A DNA stretch of 64,000 nt from Thermoplasmata archaeon (GCA_014894395.1 JADBLO010000094.1:346-64345); one strand, 5' to 3'. Counted from the stretch's first letter, positions 29,764 through 39,920 are shown. Numbers and translations are program-made. The notes: generated by a model from the letters alone, not told the origin.

Positions 29764-30197
29764 TTGATCACCTTGTATAATTCTTCAATTTCTTTTTTTG
29801 TTAGTTTTCTTATAGCTTTAGCTGGAACGCCGTAGGCTACAGTATTATCCGGTATATCAGTAATTACAAAGCTGAATGCACCGATAATCGCGTTTTCTCC
29901 AATGGTAACATCAGGCATGACTACGGAATGTGTTCCCACACGGCAATTCTTTTTCAGGGTGATGTTCCCTTCTTTATTGTCGATTGTGGAAATCGAATAA
30001 AGGGAGCAGTGAGACCCGATTTGAACGTAGTCTTCCAGGGTAACACCTTTTTTTGCGTTAATGTAGGTAAAGGCACCGATGTCCACACGTTTACCTAGTT
30101 TTAGGTTCTTATGATGCTGGCACATCCAATTCCATTTTGTCGTATCGTTTTTATCGAAGGTGGGTTGTTTCCATTTTGTAAATCGTTTCTTGGTCAT
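29760..30197 (-). CDS. Hexapeptide-repeat acyltransferase
   Basis: LbH repeats (VTIGENAIIGAFSFV..DIP...AYGVPAK). Confidence 0.85.
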   Translation of the reverse strand: MTKKRFTKWKQPTFDKNDTTKWNWMCQHHKNLKLGKRVDIGAFTYINAKKGVTLEDYVQIGSHCSLYSISTIDNKEGNITLKKNCRVGTHSVVMPDVTIGENAIIGAFSFVITDIPDNTVAYGVPAKAIRKLTKKEIEELYKVIK

Positions 30198-30208
30198 ATG
30201 CTTTCAAC

Positions 30209-31360
30209 TCAATACGTTATTTGTTTTTGAATGAGTCCTTCATCAAGAGGTATCTCTTTAAAGATTTTTATCATATGTTGTGCAGCGTTCCCGTCACCAA
30301 ACTGATTCTTACAGGTATCAACCTTTCGTTGGAATTCTTTATTGTGAAGAGCAAAATCGATAGCGTTGATAATACTGTTTTTTTCTGGCGGGATATCAAG
30401 GATGTTTGCAGATCGTCCTCGTCCTTGCTGTCGGCTTCCGATATTGATCACCGGGATTTTAAACGAAGGCGCCTCGATGATCCCACTACTGGAATTCCCA
30501 AGCATTAGATCAACTGATTTCATGATACTGAGATACTCTTCATGCGGTATATTTTTAAAGGCATGAAGATATGGTTTTTTTTCATATGTTGTTATCAGAT
30601 CAATGAATTTTTTCCCACCTGCATCACAGTTTGGATACAGGAGAACAGTCTGTTCTTTCAACGAATCAAGCGCCAGGAATAATTCTTTGAGTTGAGAGTA
30701 ACCTCGGTCTTTTAACGTTGTAATCGGATGTTGAACGACCAGAAACGCTGTTTTATTTGGATTAAGATGATGTTTTTTGAAGGTTTCTTCCTTTGAAGCT
30801 AGCTTCGTATGCATGATAGTATCAAGGGTGAGTGCCCCCGTGACAAAAATTCTTTTTTTCTCCTCGCCCATCTTTTCTACGCGTTCAGCATTTTCTTTGG
30901 TATGAACAAGGTGGATATGGGCAATTTTTGTGATCGCGTGTCGGATGGATTCATCGATGGTCGTGCCGCTGACGTCCCCACCGTTGATATGCGCTATCGG
31001 TATGTTCAGATAGGCGGCCGCGAGTGCGGCTGCGAGTGATTCACTTCGATCCCCAAGGACCACAAGAATGTCAGGGTGATTTTTATCAAGAAATGTTGCG
31101 AAATTGTTGATACCAGATGCAAGATATTCCGCCATGTGTTTGAGTTGATCTCCTTTCAGCGTCATGCGGATTTTTTTTGCGGACGGAAAATCTTTTTTAA
31201 CGATTTTGTAGGTATTCCCAAATTGAGACAGCAGATGCATCCCGGTGATTATCGGCAGTAATTTTAGATCTTTTTCTTGTTGGATTGCGTGCATGAGAGG
31301 TTTGAGATATCCGTATTCTGCACGGGTACCGGTAACGACTGCAATCGTTCTCATAATCAT
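30209..31360 (-). CDS. neuC: Hydrolysing UDP/GDP-N-acetylhexosamine 2-epimerase (NeuC/LegG)
   Basis: VTGTRAEYG, TGMHL, LGDR.E, DESIRHAITK, GNSSSGIIEAP, NIGSRQ.GR. Confidence 0.92.
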   Translation of the reverse strand: MIMRTIAVVTGTRAEYGYLKPLMHAIQQEKDLKLLPIITGMHLLSQFGNTYKIVKKDFPSAKKIRMTLKGDQLKHMAEYLASGINNFATFLDKNHPDILVVLGDRSESLAAALAAAYLNIPIAHINGGDVSGTTIDESIRHAITKIAHIHLVHTKENAERVEKMGEEKKRIFVTGALTLDTIMHTKLASKEETFKKHHLNPNKTAFLVVQHPITTLKDRGYSQLKELFLALDSLKEQTVLLYPNCDAGGKKFIDLITTYEKKPYLHAFKNIPHEEYLSIMKSVDLMLGNSSSGIIEAPSFKIPVINIGSRQQGRGRSANILDIPPEKNSIINAIDFALHNKEFQRKVDTCKNQFGDGNAAQHMIKIFKEIPLDEGLIQKQITY

Positions 31361-32409
31361 TCTACCATATTCAGACGAATAAGCTCATCTTTTGTTATAG
31401 ATTTTTTTGTTTTCTTCCCCAGGATTTGTTCTATTTGGGTTGGTGAAAGACCAATCCCAGGTCGTTTGACAGCAAGCATGTTTTTATGGATAATTGCACC
31501 TTTTTTGATGTTTTGGTTCGCGACAATGCTTTTTCTGACCAGCTTCATAATTTCTTTTTCAGAGGGTGTTGGTTTTTTCGCGTAACTCCCCAGGGTTGTT
31601 TCGACGTTTCTGATCGCAGTAACCATCTGTTTGAGTTCCTCTGGTTCAAGCGATGCTTTATGGTCAGGACCTGACAGTGTCTTGTCAAGAGTGAAATGCT
31701 TCTCGATAACTACGGCTCCAAGAGTTGCCGCCATAATCGGAACGATCATGCCCAGTGTATGATCCGAGTATCCAACCAGACAGCCCAGGGTGTTTTGCAT
31801 GGTCAGCATAGCACGCAGGTTTACTTCCGCTAGCGGGCAGGGGTAATTGGTAGTACAGTGAAGGGCGATAATCTGATGGTTCCCAGTTGCATGAATCGTT
31901 CGAATAGCAGCACGTACTTCATTAAGGGTGGCCATGCCGGTTCCCAGGATGAGTGGTTTGTGTTTCCGTGCTGCATATTGCAGCGCAGGTGTATTGGTGA
32001 GATCCCCGGAGCCAAACTTATATGCTAAAACAAGGTCCTCTAAGAAATCAATAGCATCAAATGAATGAGGTGTGGATAAAAACAATATCTTTTTTTGATC
32101 GCAATATTTTTTCAGTTGTTTGAATTCATCATAAGTTAGTTCGTAGCGTTTGATCATCTCGAGTTGTTTGAGGTTTTTCCCGATGTTCTTCTTGGCGTAT
32201 GATGCGATTCCTACATCGTCGGTGACGACTCCTTCTGCTTTGAAGGTCTGGAACTTTACTGCATCCGCGTTAGCAGAGACAGCTGCGTCTACGAGTTTCT
32301 TTGCAACGCTAAGTTTTCCGTTGTGGTTCACGCCTGCTTCAGCTATGATAAAACAAGGGTAACCCTCGCCGATATGTCTATCTCCAATCGTTATGTTTTT
32401 TCTCATCAT
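31357..32409 (-). CDS. neuB: Nonulosonic acid synthase (NeuB/LegI)
   Basis: IIAEAGVNHNG, AVKFQTF, KFGSGDL, LHCTTNYP, GYSDHT, IEKHFT, GPDHKAS, C-terminal SAF domain (RKSIVA, KRPG.G). Confidence 0.93.
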   Translation of the reverse strand: MMRKNITIGDRHIGEGYPCFIIAEAGVNHNGKLSVAKKLVDAAVSANADAVKFQTFKAEGVVTDDVGIASYAKKNIGKNLKQLEMIKRYELTYDEFKQLKKYCDQKKILFLSTPHSFDAIDFLEDLVLAYKFGSGDLTNTPALQYAARKHKPLILGTGMATLNEVRAAIRTIHATGNHQIIALHCTTNYPCPLAEVNLRAMLTMQNTLGCLVGYSDHTLGMIVPIMAATLGAVVIEKHFTLDKTLSGPDHKASLEPEELKQMVTAIRNVETTLGSYAKKPTPSEKEIMKLVRKSIVANQNIKKGAIIHKNMLAVKRPGIGLSPTQIEQILGKKTKKSITKDELIRLNMVE

Positions 32410-32415
32410 GTTGAG

Positions 32416-33240
32416 CTACCAAATTGTGAATCCACCATCAACAACAAGGTTATGTCCCGTCACATATGAGGAGGCATCGGACGCAAGAAAAATAATACTC
32501 CCGTTAATCTCATCAAGATTTGCTTTTCGCCCAAGAGGTGTTCGTTCAGAATAGTTCTTCAGAAAAATCTTATCTTCTTTCTCATGATAAATCCCACCCG
32601 GCGAGATACAATTTATTCGGATATTATATCCTCCATAGTACGCAGCAAGGTATCTTGTAAAATTAATAAGACCGCCTTTTGCTGCATTATACGAACCATG
32701 AGAGTAAATTCTTTCAAGATCTGGAGATTTCTTCACGTAAATCTCATGGAGATTTGTTCCAACGTACATTCGTTGGTCGTTCCCCACAATACCATACACT
32801 GAGGAGATATTGATGATGGAGCCTTTTCGTTGTTTTTTCATTATTGGGATAAATGTTTGAATCGTTAGAAACGGTATTGTAAGATTTCCTAATAAACCGA
32901 CATTCCAACTTTCCAAGCTAACATCCTCGAATGGTAAATAAAAATCATCGCTTTTTGCACTTGTTGAATTTATTAATATGTCAATTGTTTTTTCTTTCTC
33001 AAGGATTTTTTCTTTTAGTTGTAACAAGTCATTTTTATCTGTAGCATTGACGTTCATCATCTCAAATTTTTCAGAGTAATTTTTTTTAAGCATTGTTATT
33101 TCTTTTGATTCGTCTGTATTACTATCGCAACAATACACTGTCGCATTATTTTCCAATAATGCTTTACAAAATTCTTTGCCCAGATAGCCGTTTCCCCCAA
33201 AGACTAAAGCAACTTTATTTTTTAAATCAAAAAGTTCCAT
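32416..33240 (-). CDS. Short-chain dehydrogenase/reductase (PtmA/ElaC-like)
   Basis: GGNGYLG, GSIINISSVYG, YNAAKGG, IRINCISPGGI, SYVTGHNLVVDGG. Start at 33240 or 33246. Confidence 0.88.
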   Translation of the reverse strand: MELFDLKNKVALVFGGNGYLGKEFCKALLENNATVYCCDSNTDESKEITMLKKNYSEKFEMMNVNATDKNDLLQLKEKILEKEKTIDILINSTSAKSDDFYLPFEDVSLESWNVGLLGNLTIPFLTIQTFIPIMKKQRKGSIINISSVYGIVGNDQRMYVGTNLHEIYVKKSPDLERIYSHGSYNAAKGGLINFTRYLAAYYGGYNIRINCISPGGIYHEKEDKIFLKNYSERTPLGRKANLDEINGSIIFLASDASSYVTGHNLVVDGGFTIW

Positions 33241-33259
33241 TTTCATAACCCCACTTGTT

Positions 33260-34243
33260 CTATACAATCTTCTGCCATGATTTTAATGTACTAGAGAGTT
33301 CAGCTTTCTCAATGACGTTCATAACCTCCACGCCATCGTGAAATGTTGATTTTGGTATTTTTCCATTTGATATACATGCAATGAAATCTTCCATTTCTTG
33401 TTGATATGTTTTTTCCCAATCTTGCTTTTCTTTTTTGTATAATACATTGGCATTACCTGTATTATCAGTAAACGTGATTTCTGGTTTTGAATACGTATAT
33501 TCCAGAATTCCTTGAGAACCAAACACAACTCCGTTTCTAATATTTTTCGGATTTAAATAATCTAACTCAATTGTAATAAGTGCATTGTTCTTCAATCTAC
33601 AGATTAAATAGGCGTTGTCGTCGACATCAATTTCTAAAGAAGATATCTTTCCAACTACGGCTAGTAACTCTTTTGGAACACCAAAAAGATAATGCATGAT
33701 ATCAATCTCATGGGATAATGTCCGAATGACACCCCCGCCCAGTTCTTTTCTTGCATAATATTCTTTTCTGTAATCAGCATAAGGATGCCAAAGTGGGAGA
33801 TATTGCCCGCAATAAAGATGCGCTTTATAGACTTCTCCGAGTTTTTTTGAATCAAGAAAATTTTTTACGGTATTGATAACATCATCATATCGTAATGTAA
33901 AACCAACGAGCACTTTTGAAAGATCATACTGTTTCAGTTCTTTTATATCAGAAAGATGATTTGCCAAGGGTTTTTCTACAAAAACCGGTATTTTGTTTTC
34001 AAGCGCTTTTTTCATTGTTTTAATATGGAACGAGGTTGGATTTGCGATAATCACTCCATCAAGACAAAGGTCGTAGAACTCATCCTGATTGTAAATTTCT
34101 TTAATAGTTTGCAAATCAGGAGGTAATTTAGTTAATGCCCCTTTTTTAGTTCGGAGCGCATAAATATCTGTAATTCCTAGTTTGAAAAGACTTCTTGCAT
34201 GTCGTTGCCCGATTGATCCTAACCCAATGATACCAATCTTCAT
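33260..34243 (-). CDS. Gfo/Idh/MocA oxidoreductase (PtmF/ElaA-like)
   Basis: IGLGSIGQRH, FVEKP, GQYLP.WHP..DYR..Y, GGGV..TLSHEID. Confidence 0.88.
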   Translation of the reverse strand: MKIGIIGLGSIGQRHARSLFKLGITDIYALRTKKGALTKLPPDLQTIKEIYNQDEFYDLCLDGVIIANPTSFHIKTMKKALENKIPVFVEKPLANHLSDIKELKQYDLSKVLVGFTLRYDDVINTVKNFLDSKKLGEVYKAHLYCGQYLPLWHPYADYRKEYYARKELGGGVIRTLSHEIDIMHYLFGVPKELLAVVGKISSLEIDVDDNAYLICRLKNNALITIELDYLNPKNIRNGVVFGSQGILEYTYSKPEITFTDNTGNANVLYKKEKQDWEKTYQQEMEDFIACISNGKIPKSTFHDGVEVMNVIEKAELSSTLKSWQKIV

Positions 34244-35010
34244 TTTTGTTCACTTTTTGTTTTTAATTTTATTGATTTTTTCTGGGAAGAAAACCGTGCT
34301 TTGAACAGTTCTGCGCAATGTTGATTAATTTTTACTATTTCAGGGTGTAAATCGAGGAATTTAATGATTTCAGCTGTCGACTTCTTGTAGGTGTCTTTCC
34401 CAAGTGCTTCAAACAAAGCTAAAAAAAATTCATAATCCTCTGGATAATCAAGGGTTAATCGATAGTTTTCTCGTATTAGTTCTTTTGGAGTACTCATTTT
34501 GATGACGATAAACCTTTCTGGTGTAAAATAATCTCCCCAGATTTCCGTGTCTTTTTCTTCTTTTATTTCAAGAACCTTTTTTAAAGCTTCTACCTTAATA
34601 CCATAAAAGTAAAAACCGTGTGGCAAATCGAAAGTTCGTATTAAATCAGCACCTGTTTTTTGATATTCTTTAATCATATCATCAATGAAATCATATCCAA
34701 CCAATGGACAGTCTGCCGTGACATTAATAATATAATCAATTTTGTAGTATTGAGCAGCCATATACAGACGTTCTAAAACATCAGCTTCACTACCTCTGAA
34801 GCATTTCACGTGTTCTCTTTTAGCGATTTGACAAAGAACATCATCTTGGGAATTTGTAGAAGTAGCAATAATAATCTCATCAACACTGCTGCACAGTTTT
34901 AACCTATCGATCATCAGCGCTATTATCTCTCTATTATGTATTTTAAGGGTGAGCTTGAGAGGTAATCGGGTTGATTTCATCCTAGCGGTTATTAAAAAAC
35001 CTATTTTCAT
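34240..35010 (-). CDS. Ulosonate cytidylyltransferase (SpsF/PseF/KdsB-like)
   Basis: ARMKSTRLP.K, FRGSE.DVL.R, TADCPL, RLTLDYPEDY. Confidence 0.88.
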   Translation of the reverse strand: MKIGFLITARMKSTRLPLKLTLKIHNREIIALMIDRLKLCSSVDEIIIATSTNSQDDVLCQIAKREHVKCFRGSEADVLERLYMAAQYYKIDYIINVTADCPLVGYDFIDDMIKEYQKTGADLIRTFDLPHGFYFYGIKVEALKKVLEIKEEKDTEIWGDYFTPERFIVIKMSTPKELIRENYRLTLDYPEDYEFFLALFEALGKDTYKKSTAEIIKFLDLHPEIVKINQHCAELFKARFSSQKKSIKLKTKSEQK

Positions 35011-35031
35011 GATTGTTCACGAGTATCCGTA

Positions 35032-36093
35032 TTATATGTTTGTGAAGGTATCCAGATTCAATGTTTTAAACTTATACTCAATTTTAGTGAAATCAATCAC
35101 TTCGTCTTTTTTAATATCGACTTTCGCTTTAGAACCTAAGAGATATAAGAACTGTTTTTGTTGAATCGTGCTTTCTTCCGGCGTTCGTTTGAACCAGAGA
35201 TTCAAAGTGGAGAGTTTTTCACCTTTTTTAATATCCCGCTTTGCGACTATTGCTTTTTTCATAGGTCCAACATTCCCATATGCTTTTTCGGGTTCACTAA
35301 GTGTTATTTGTCCACTGCCATGGATTTCGAGTGCTACTTTCATAAGATCACGGATGCAGCTCATGTGTTTCTTACCAACAGCAGCATGGTAGTCGATGCG
35401 TTCTTTTCCAGGATATGGTGTGTAATGTTTCTCTAGTATAGGGAAACCCATGAAAGCGGCTGCAACACTGATTCCTGCGTTATTCGGGTCGTCGAATCCG
35501 GTGTGGTCAGCGTACCCAACTGGAAGATGAAACAGGTTCTGGATAGCATGCATTTTTGCCAGATTGATATCTGAATAGTCCGTTGGATAACTCTGAAACC
35601 CGTACATGAGCAGAATATCGTGTTTCTCCTTATGTTTCAAGAAATCAACTGCATAGGAGATATCGTTGATGGAAGAGCCCCCAATCCCAAGGATAATACG
35701 ACCATCAAACTTAGCTATCTCTGAAAGCATAAAATGATCGTTAAGACTTGTTGCATGAAGTTCTATAGCGTGAACCTTTTTTTTCTTACGGATGATGTAC
35801 TGGATGCTTTCTACATCATCGCATAGCACGATAATCTCAAGCTTTTTTTTGGCGGTATAAGATAAGATGTCATTCCATTGATTTTCTGTAAAAATCCAAT
35901 GTTTCATCGTCTGATATAAAGGATGTGTTTTTTTTATATAACTATCAAGGTTTAATAAAAGATGGAATTTAATTGCATTCAGCCTTAATGAGGCAATCTC
36001 CTCGATCATTTGATAAAGGTATTTGATGTCTCCTTCATGATTATATGCGGTTTCAGCGATGATATAGGGATTAAGAGTATAGTTCTGTATCAT
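35032..36093 (-). CDS. Second, divergent NeuB-family synthase with SAF domain
   Basis: IIAETAYNHEG, AIKFH, GYADHT, LEKHYT, C-terminal KKAIVAK..I.KGE SAF-like domain. Confidence 0.82.
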   Translation of the reverse strand: MIQNYTLNPYIIAETAYNHEGDIKYLYQMIEEIASLRLNAIKFHLLLNLDSYIKKTHPLYQTMKHWIFTENQWNDILSYTAKKKLEIIVLCDDVESIQYIIRKKKKVHAIELHATSLNDHFMLSEIAKFDGRIILGIGGSSINDISYAVDFLKHKEKHDILLMYGFQSYPTDYSDINLAKMHAIQNLFHLPVGYADHTGFDDPNNAGISVAAAFMGFPILEKHYTPYPGKERIDYHAAVGKKHMSCIRDLMKVALEIHGSGQITLSEPEKAYGNVGPMKKAIVAKRDIKKGEKLSTLNLWFKRTPEESTIQQKQFLYLLGSKAKVDIKKDEVIDFTKIEYKFKTLNLDTFTNI

Positions 36094-36158
36094 TGATTAT
36101 TCCTCCATCGGATAGAAACGAGCCACTTATCTGCCGTTTTGTAGTGGCAAATCAGAAA

Positions 36159-37733
36159 TTACCTATAAACCTTTTCCCTTACAGAAATTTTTTGGTTAAT
36201 GCCAAGGTCAGTGAAGAATTTCTCAAAGTGTTTTTCTGGATTCTTTGTGAAAAAAAGATCTGCGATAGCTTTGGCCTCGACAATCGAATCTTGATAATGA
36301 GACAAGATTGTTTTTACGGTATTAACAAACTGTGCAGGGGTTGTCGTGATATATGAGGTTCTGTTGTCCTTTGTCAAAGAGTAGATGTCAATGAAGATAT
36401 TAGGCGTCCCAAACGCCATTGCCTCCAGTCCGCTGGTGGAGTACACCGTGGAGTGGATGTCAGCGATGTTGAATAGTGTGAAGATATCATCATATTTATC
36501 AATCAGGATGATGTGTTTATTTTGTTTTAATCCAGAGTAGTCGTTTTTGTCATAGGGGTGAGGTTTGAAAAGGATGCCGACATCCATGTTGTGTTTTGCG
36601 AATTGTTCTGCTACTTTGAGGATATAACCTTGAATGTCTTTGGCAATAATCCATTGGGAAGTGAATAATATATTATGAGGAAATGGTGAGAATGATTGTT
36701 TCAGAGCAGGGAGTGTTTTTCTCTCCATCAGGGTGCGTTGAAGGTACGGGTATCCTGTTGAGATAACCTTGTCTGCATCGAAGAGGTTACCGTTTCGTAC
36801 CATTTCTGCGTAGATTTCACCATGTGTGAGGAGATACTCGGGAATGCAATCTTTGTTTGTTGTAGGGGTCGCCCGTCGGTACGCGGGGAGGTATGCGGTG
36901 ATGAGACCATGTTGGAGTTCTATCGGCGGAATTCCAAGTTCTCTGCATGCTTGGGAAAGTGCCATGGGGAATCTGCCGTATCCGCATCGGATGAGGACTG
37001 CTTTTGGTTTTATCTTTTTAAGGATGTTGTAGAGGAAGTGTTTGATGTGGGTAAAGACTGTTATGAAGTCGTAGATGTCGCTTGTGAGTTTGTCTTTATC
37101 GACAGAGGCAGTGGTGCTGATGTATTCGATGATATCCTGGAGGACATCTTCAGATTCTAGCGTAATGTTTTTGCGACCGGTAAATCTATTGAAGAGCAGA
37201 TTCCAGAAGGTTTTTGACCAGAGTGGAACGTGCATGGGGACATGATATCGTGAGAATATTGGATGGTCATATTTTCTTCGGTATCCGCTGGTTTCTGGCC
37301 ATTCGAAGACAGCGAGGTTGTCTCCCAGGATCTCATAGAGTGGATCTAGGTAGATATCGTAATAGGTGTCTTTGTAGAGTTTTCTGCTTTCGCCGCTGGA
37401 AAAACCACAGACGGTTATGTTTTTTGGAAGACGGAGGGGAATAAAACTTTCTTTGAAAAGAGAAATAACGGATTTGATGCTGGTTTTGCTGAGTTTTTTA
37501 TTTATGGTTTGTTCGCCGAGTTTCTGGAAATTTGAATACAGGAAGACACGCATGAGGTTCCAAATTTTGGTTCCGTCAGAAAGACGTAGTGAGTCGGTTT
37601 TGAATTTTTGTTCGATGGTTTCAATGAGTTGGTACGCGGTTTGGTCGTTGATTTTTCCTGCGATCCTAAGGTCGTATTCGTTGTAGAATGCCATGATTTC
37701 AGAGGCGAGTTGTTCCGGTGTAATTTTTTTCAT
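36159..37733 (-). CDS. GT-B glycosyltransferase, probable nonulosonate (sialyl-type) transferase
   Basis: IELQHG, TGYPY, FKPHP, STSGLEAMAFGTP motifs typical of ulosonate/capsule transferases; first gene of the nonulosonate operon. Confidence 0.6.
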   Translation of the reverse strand: MKKITPEQLASEIMAFYNEYDLRIAGKINDQTAYQLIETIEQKFKTDSLRLSDGTKIWNLMRVFLYSNFQKLGEQTINKKLSKTSIKSVISLFKESFIPLRLPKNITVCGFSSGESRKLYKDTYYDIYLDPLYEILGDNLAVFEWPETSGYRRKYDHPIFSRYHVPMHVPLWSKTFWNLLFNRFTGRKNITLESEDVLQDIIEYISTTASVDKDKLTSDIYDFITVFTHIKHFLYNILKKIKPKAVLIRCGYGRFPMALSQACRELGIPPIELQHGLITAYLPAYRRATPTTNKDCIPEYLLTHGEIYAEMVRNGNLFDADKVISTGYPYLQRTLMERKTLPALKQSFSPFPHNILFTSQWIIAKDIQGYILKVAEQFAKHNMDVGILFKPHPYDKNDYSGLKQNKHIILIDKYDDIFTLFNIADIHSTVYSTSGLEAMAFGTPNIFIDIYSLTKDNRTSYITTTPAQFVNTVKTILSHYQDSIVEAKAIADLFFTKNPEKHFEKFFTDLGINQKISVREKVYR

Positions 37734-37770
37734 AGACAACGTCACTTTTCTTGTTTACAGGGTAGTGTGA

Positions 37771-37780
37771 TTAATATTAA
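37771..37780. promoter_or_regulatory. Palindromic TATA-like box TTAATATTAA between divergent operons
   Basis: Perfect 10-bp palindrome in a 73-bp gap, ~27 nt from ATG 37807 and ~38 nt from ATG 37733. Confidence 0.5.
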
Positions 37781-37806
37781 ATACGTTCTGCCGTTTTCCT
37801 GAAGGG

Positions 37807-38802
37807 ATGGTAGAGTCTTACCCGAAGGTTTCATTTTTAATACCAGTCTTAAACGAAGAAAAAACCCTGGCGCAGTCATTAGACTCCTTGCTTGCGGTGG
37901 AGTACCCAGCAGAAAAGATGGAGATTTTACTTGCGATAGGGAAATGTAATGATAACACGCGGGTGATTGCTGAGGAGTATGCGAAAAAATATCCGAACAT
38001 ACGAATCCTTGAGAATCCGACAGGAAATACATCGATCGGTCGGAACATATGTATTAAACAATCGACCGGTGAGATGCTGATGAATTACTCTGGTCACGTG
38101 GTCACCGAGAAAAACCTGCTTAAGGAGCTTGCGTTGAGGTTGCAGAGCTTGCCTGCTGATGTTGTCGCGGTTGGTTGTTCGAATCTTTCACCAGGGAAGC
38201 AGAATTTTGTTGGGGAGGTGTCTGGCGCTGCGTTTTTGAGTTTTATGGGTGGTCGGAGTTTCTTTTCTCAGAACGCGGTGTTTCCAGAAGAAAAGTACAC
38301 GGATCATTTGTCGTTTTCGTGTTATCGAAAAGAGGCTGTGGAAAAAGTCGGTGGTTTTGATCCTGTTTTTTGGTGTGGTCAGGATTATGAACTTGATATC
38401 AGGCTTCGGAAGGTAGGATACAAGATTTTGTATACACCGAAAACAAAGGTGTATCATTTTAAGCGGGATTCAATTCGGTCGTTGTGGCGTCAGATGTATC
38501 GGTATGGGATTGCTCGTGCGAAGATGGTAAAAAAGCATCCTGATACCTTGAAGTTTTTCCATTTGCTCGGGCCAGGGTTCATCCTTGGTGGCATTCTTGT
38601 GGTGTTGTTGACCGTATTAGGTTTGCTACCGTTATGGGTGATTCCTTGCCTCGTCGTAGCATATATATTGATGTCATTGGTCAGTACACTTCAGATTACA
38701 CGAAAACCGAGCGTGGTCGTGAGTAGTATCTTGTTTTATTTGTTGATCCATATCGGGTATGGCGCTGGTTTTCTTAGAGGAGTAATGTATAGTAAACTTT
38801 AG
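37807..38802 (+). CDS. GT2 glycosyltransferase with C-terminal membrane helices (ExoA-like)
   Basis: VSFLIPVLNEE, GRN, VGGFD..GQDYEL..R, RQMYRYG, three C-terminal hydrophobic segments. Confidence 0.88.
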   Translation: MVESYPKVSFLIPVLNEEKTLAQSLDSLLAVEYPAEKMEILLAIGKCNDNTRVIAEEYAKKYPNIRILENPTGNTSIGRNICIKQSTGEMLMNYSGHVVTEKNLLKELALRLQSLPADVVAVGCSNLSPGKQNFVGEVSGAAFLSFMGGRSFFSQNAVFPEEKYTDHLSFSCYRKEAVEKVGGFDPVFWCGQDYELDIRLRKVGYKILYTPKTKVYHFKRDSIRSLWRQMYRYGIARAKMVKKHPDTLKFFHLLGPGFILGGILVVLLTVLGLLPLWVIPCLVVAYILMSLVSTLQITRKPSVVVSSILFYLLIHIGYGAGFLRGVMYSKL

Positions 38803-38887
38803 AAAGTAGGGCTGTTATTCTTAAATAGGGGAGACGAATTATCGGTAGTGTCGCCACGTTTTTTCTCGTGGGAAAAGAGAGGCAGAT

Positions 38888-39910
38888 ATGAAAAAGTTGA
38901 ACATCGCAGTGGTCGGTGTTGGTCATATTGGTTCCCAGCATGCAAAGCATGCAAGCAGCCTGGGTAGTTTAGTGGCTGTCTGTGATATCAAACAAGAACG
39001 GGCGAAAACAGTCGCAGCGCAGTACCAGTGTAAATCGTTTTTTTCCCTTGATGAGTTGTTAGCAGGTGAGAAGAACCTAGATCTGGTTGCAGTGTGTACT
39101 CCAAATGGGTTACATGCGGAACATAGCATAAAAGCGTTGAAAGCAGGCTGTAACGTGTTGTGTGAGAAGCCGATGGCGACAACGGTACGTGATTGTGAAC
39201 GGATGATTCATACTGCTGAGGAGACAAACAAACGATTGTTTATCGTGAAGCAGAATCGGTTTAACCCTCCAGTCAAGGCATTAAAAAAAGTAATTGACGA
39301 AGGAAAACTAGGCAGGATTCTCAACGTGCAGGTGAATTGTTTCTGGAATAGGAATCAGGAGTATTATACCTCGTCTGATTGGCGTGGGAAGTTGACAATG
39401 GACGGTGGGACTCTGTTTACACAGTACAGTCATTTCATTGATTTGTTGTATTGGTTTGTTGGTGACGTTGAGGAAGTCCGCGCGTTTACCGAAAATTTTT
39501 TACATAAGGGTGTCGTGGAGTTTGAGGATACCGGTGTGGTGGTGTTGAAGTTTGCGAATGGTGCTCTGGGGACGATTAATTTTACGATTGATAGTTTTGG
39601 GAAGAACATGGAAGGTTCCATTACTTTGTTTGGGGAGAAAGGGACCGTAAAAGTTGGTGGTCAGTATCTGAACCTCTTGGAGTACCAGTCCATCGATGGG
39701 TATGAGATCACCGGGTTGGAACCAGGGAACCCCCCAAATACGTATGGCGCAAATAAGGGATCAATGTCAAATCATGATAAGGTCTATCAGAACGTGATTG
39801 ACGTGTTGGTCCATGGGGGGAGCATTGCGACTGATCTGTTAGATGGATTAAAGACCGTGCAGATTATTGAGAAGATCTACAAGGCTGCAATAAAAGGTCA
39901 TGGTCATTGA
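38888..39910 (+). CDS. NDP-sugar 3-dehydrogenase, Gfo/Idh/MocA family (WbpB/WlbA-like)
   Basis: CTPNGLHAEH, CEKPMA, VKQNRFNP, W.R..YY...WRG...DGG.L..Q.SH.IDL. Confidence 0.85.
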   Translation: MKKLNIAVVGVGHIGSQHAKHASSLGSLVAVCDIKQERAKTVAAQYQCKSFFSLDELLAGEKNLDLVAVCTPNGLHAEHSIKALKAGCNVLCEKPMATTVRDCERMIHTAEETNKRLFIVKQNRFNPPVKALKKVIDEGKLGRILNVQVNCFWNRNQEYYTSSDWRGKLTMDGGTLFTQYSHFIDLLYWFVGDVEEVRAFTENFLHKGVVEFEDTGVVVLKFANGALGTINFTIDSFGKNMEGSITLFGEKGTVKVGGQYLNLLEYQSIDGYEITGLEPGNPPNTYGANKGSMSNHDKVYQNVIDVLVHGGSIATDLLDGLKTVQIIEKIYKAAIKGHGH

Positions 39911-39920
39911 GGGATAGGTT

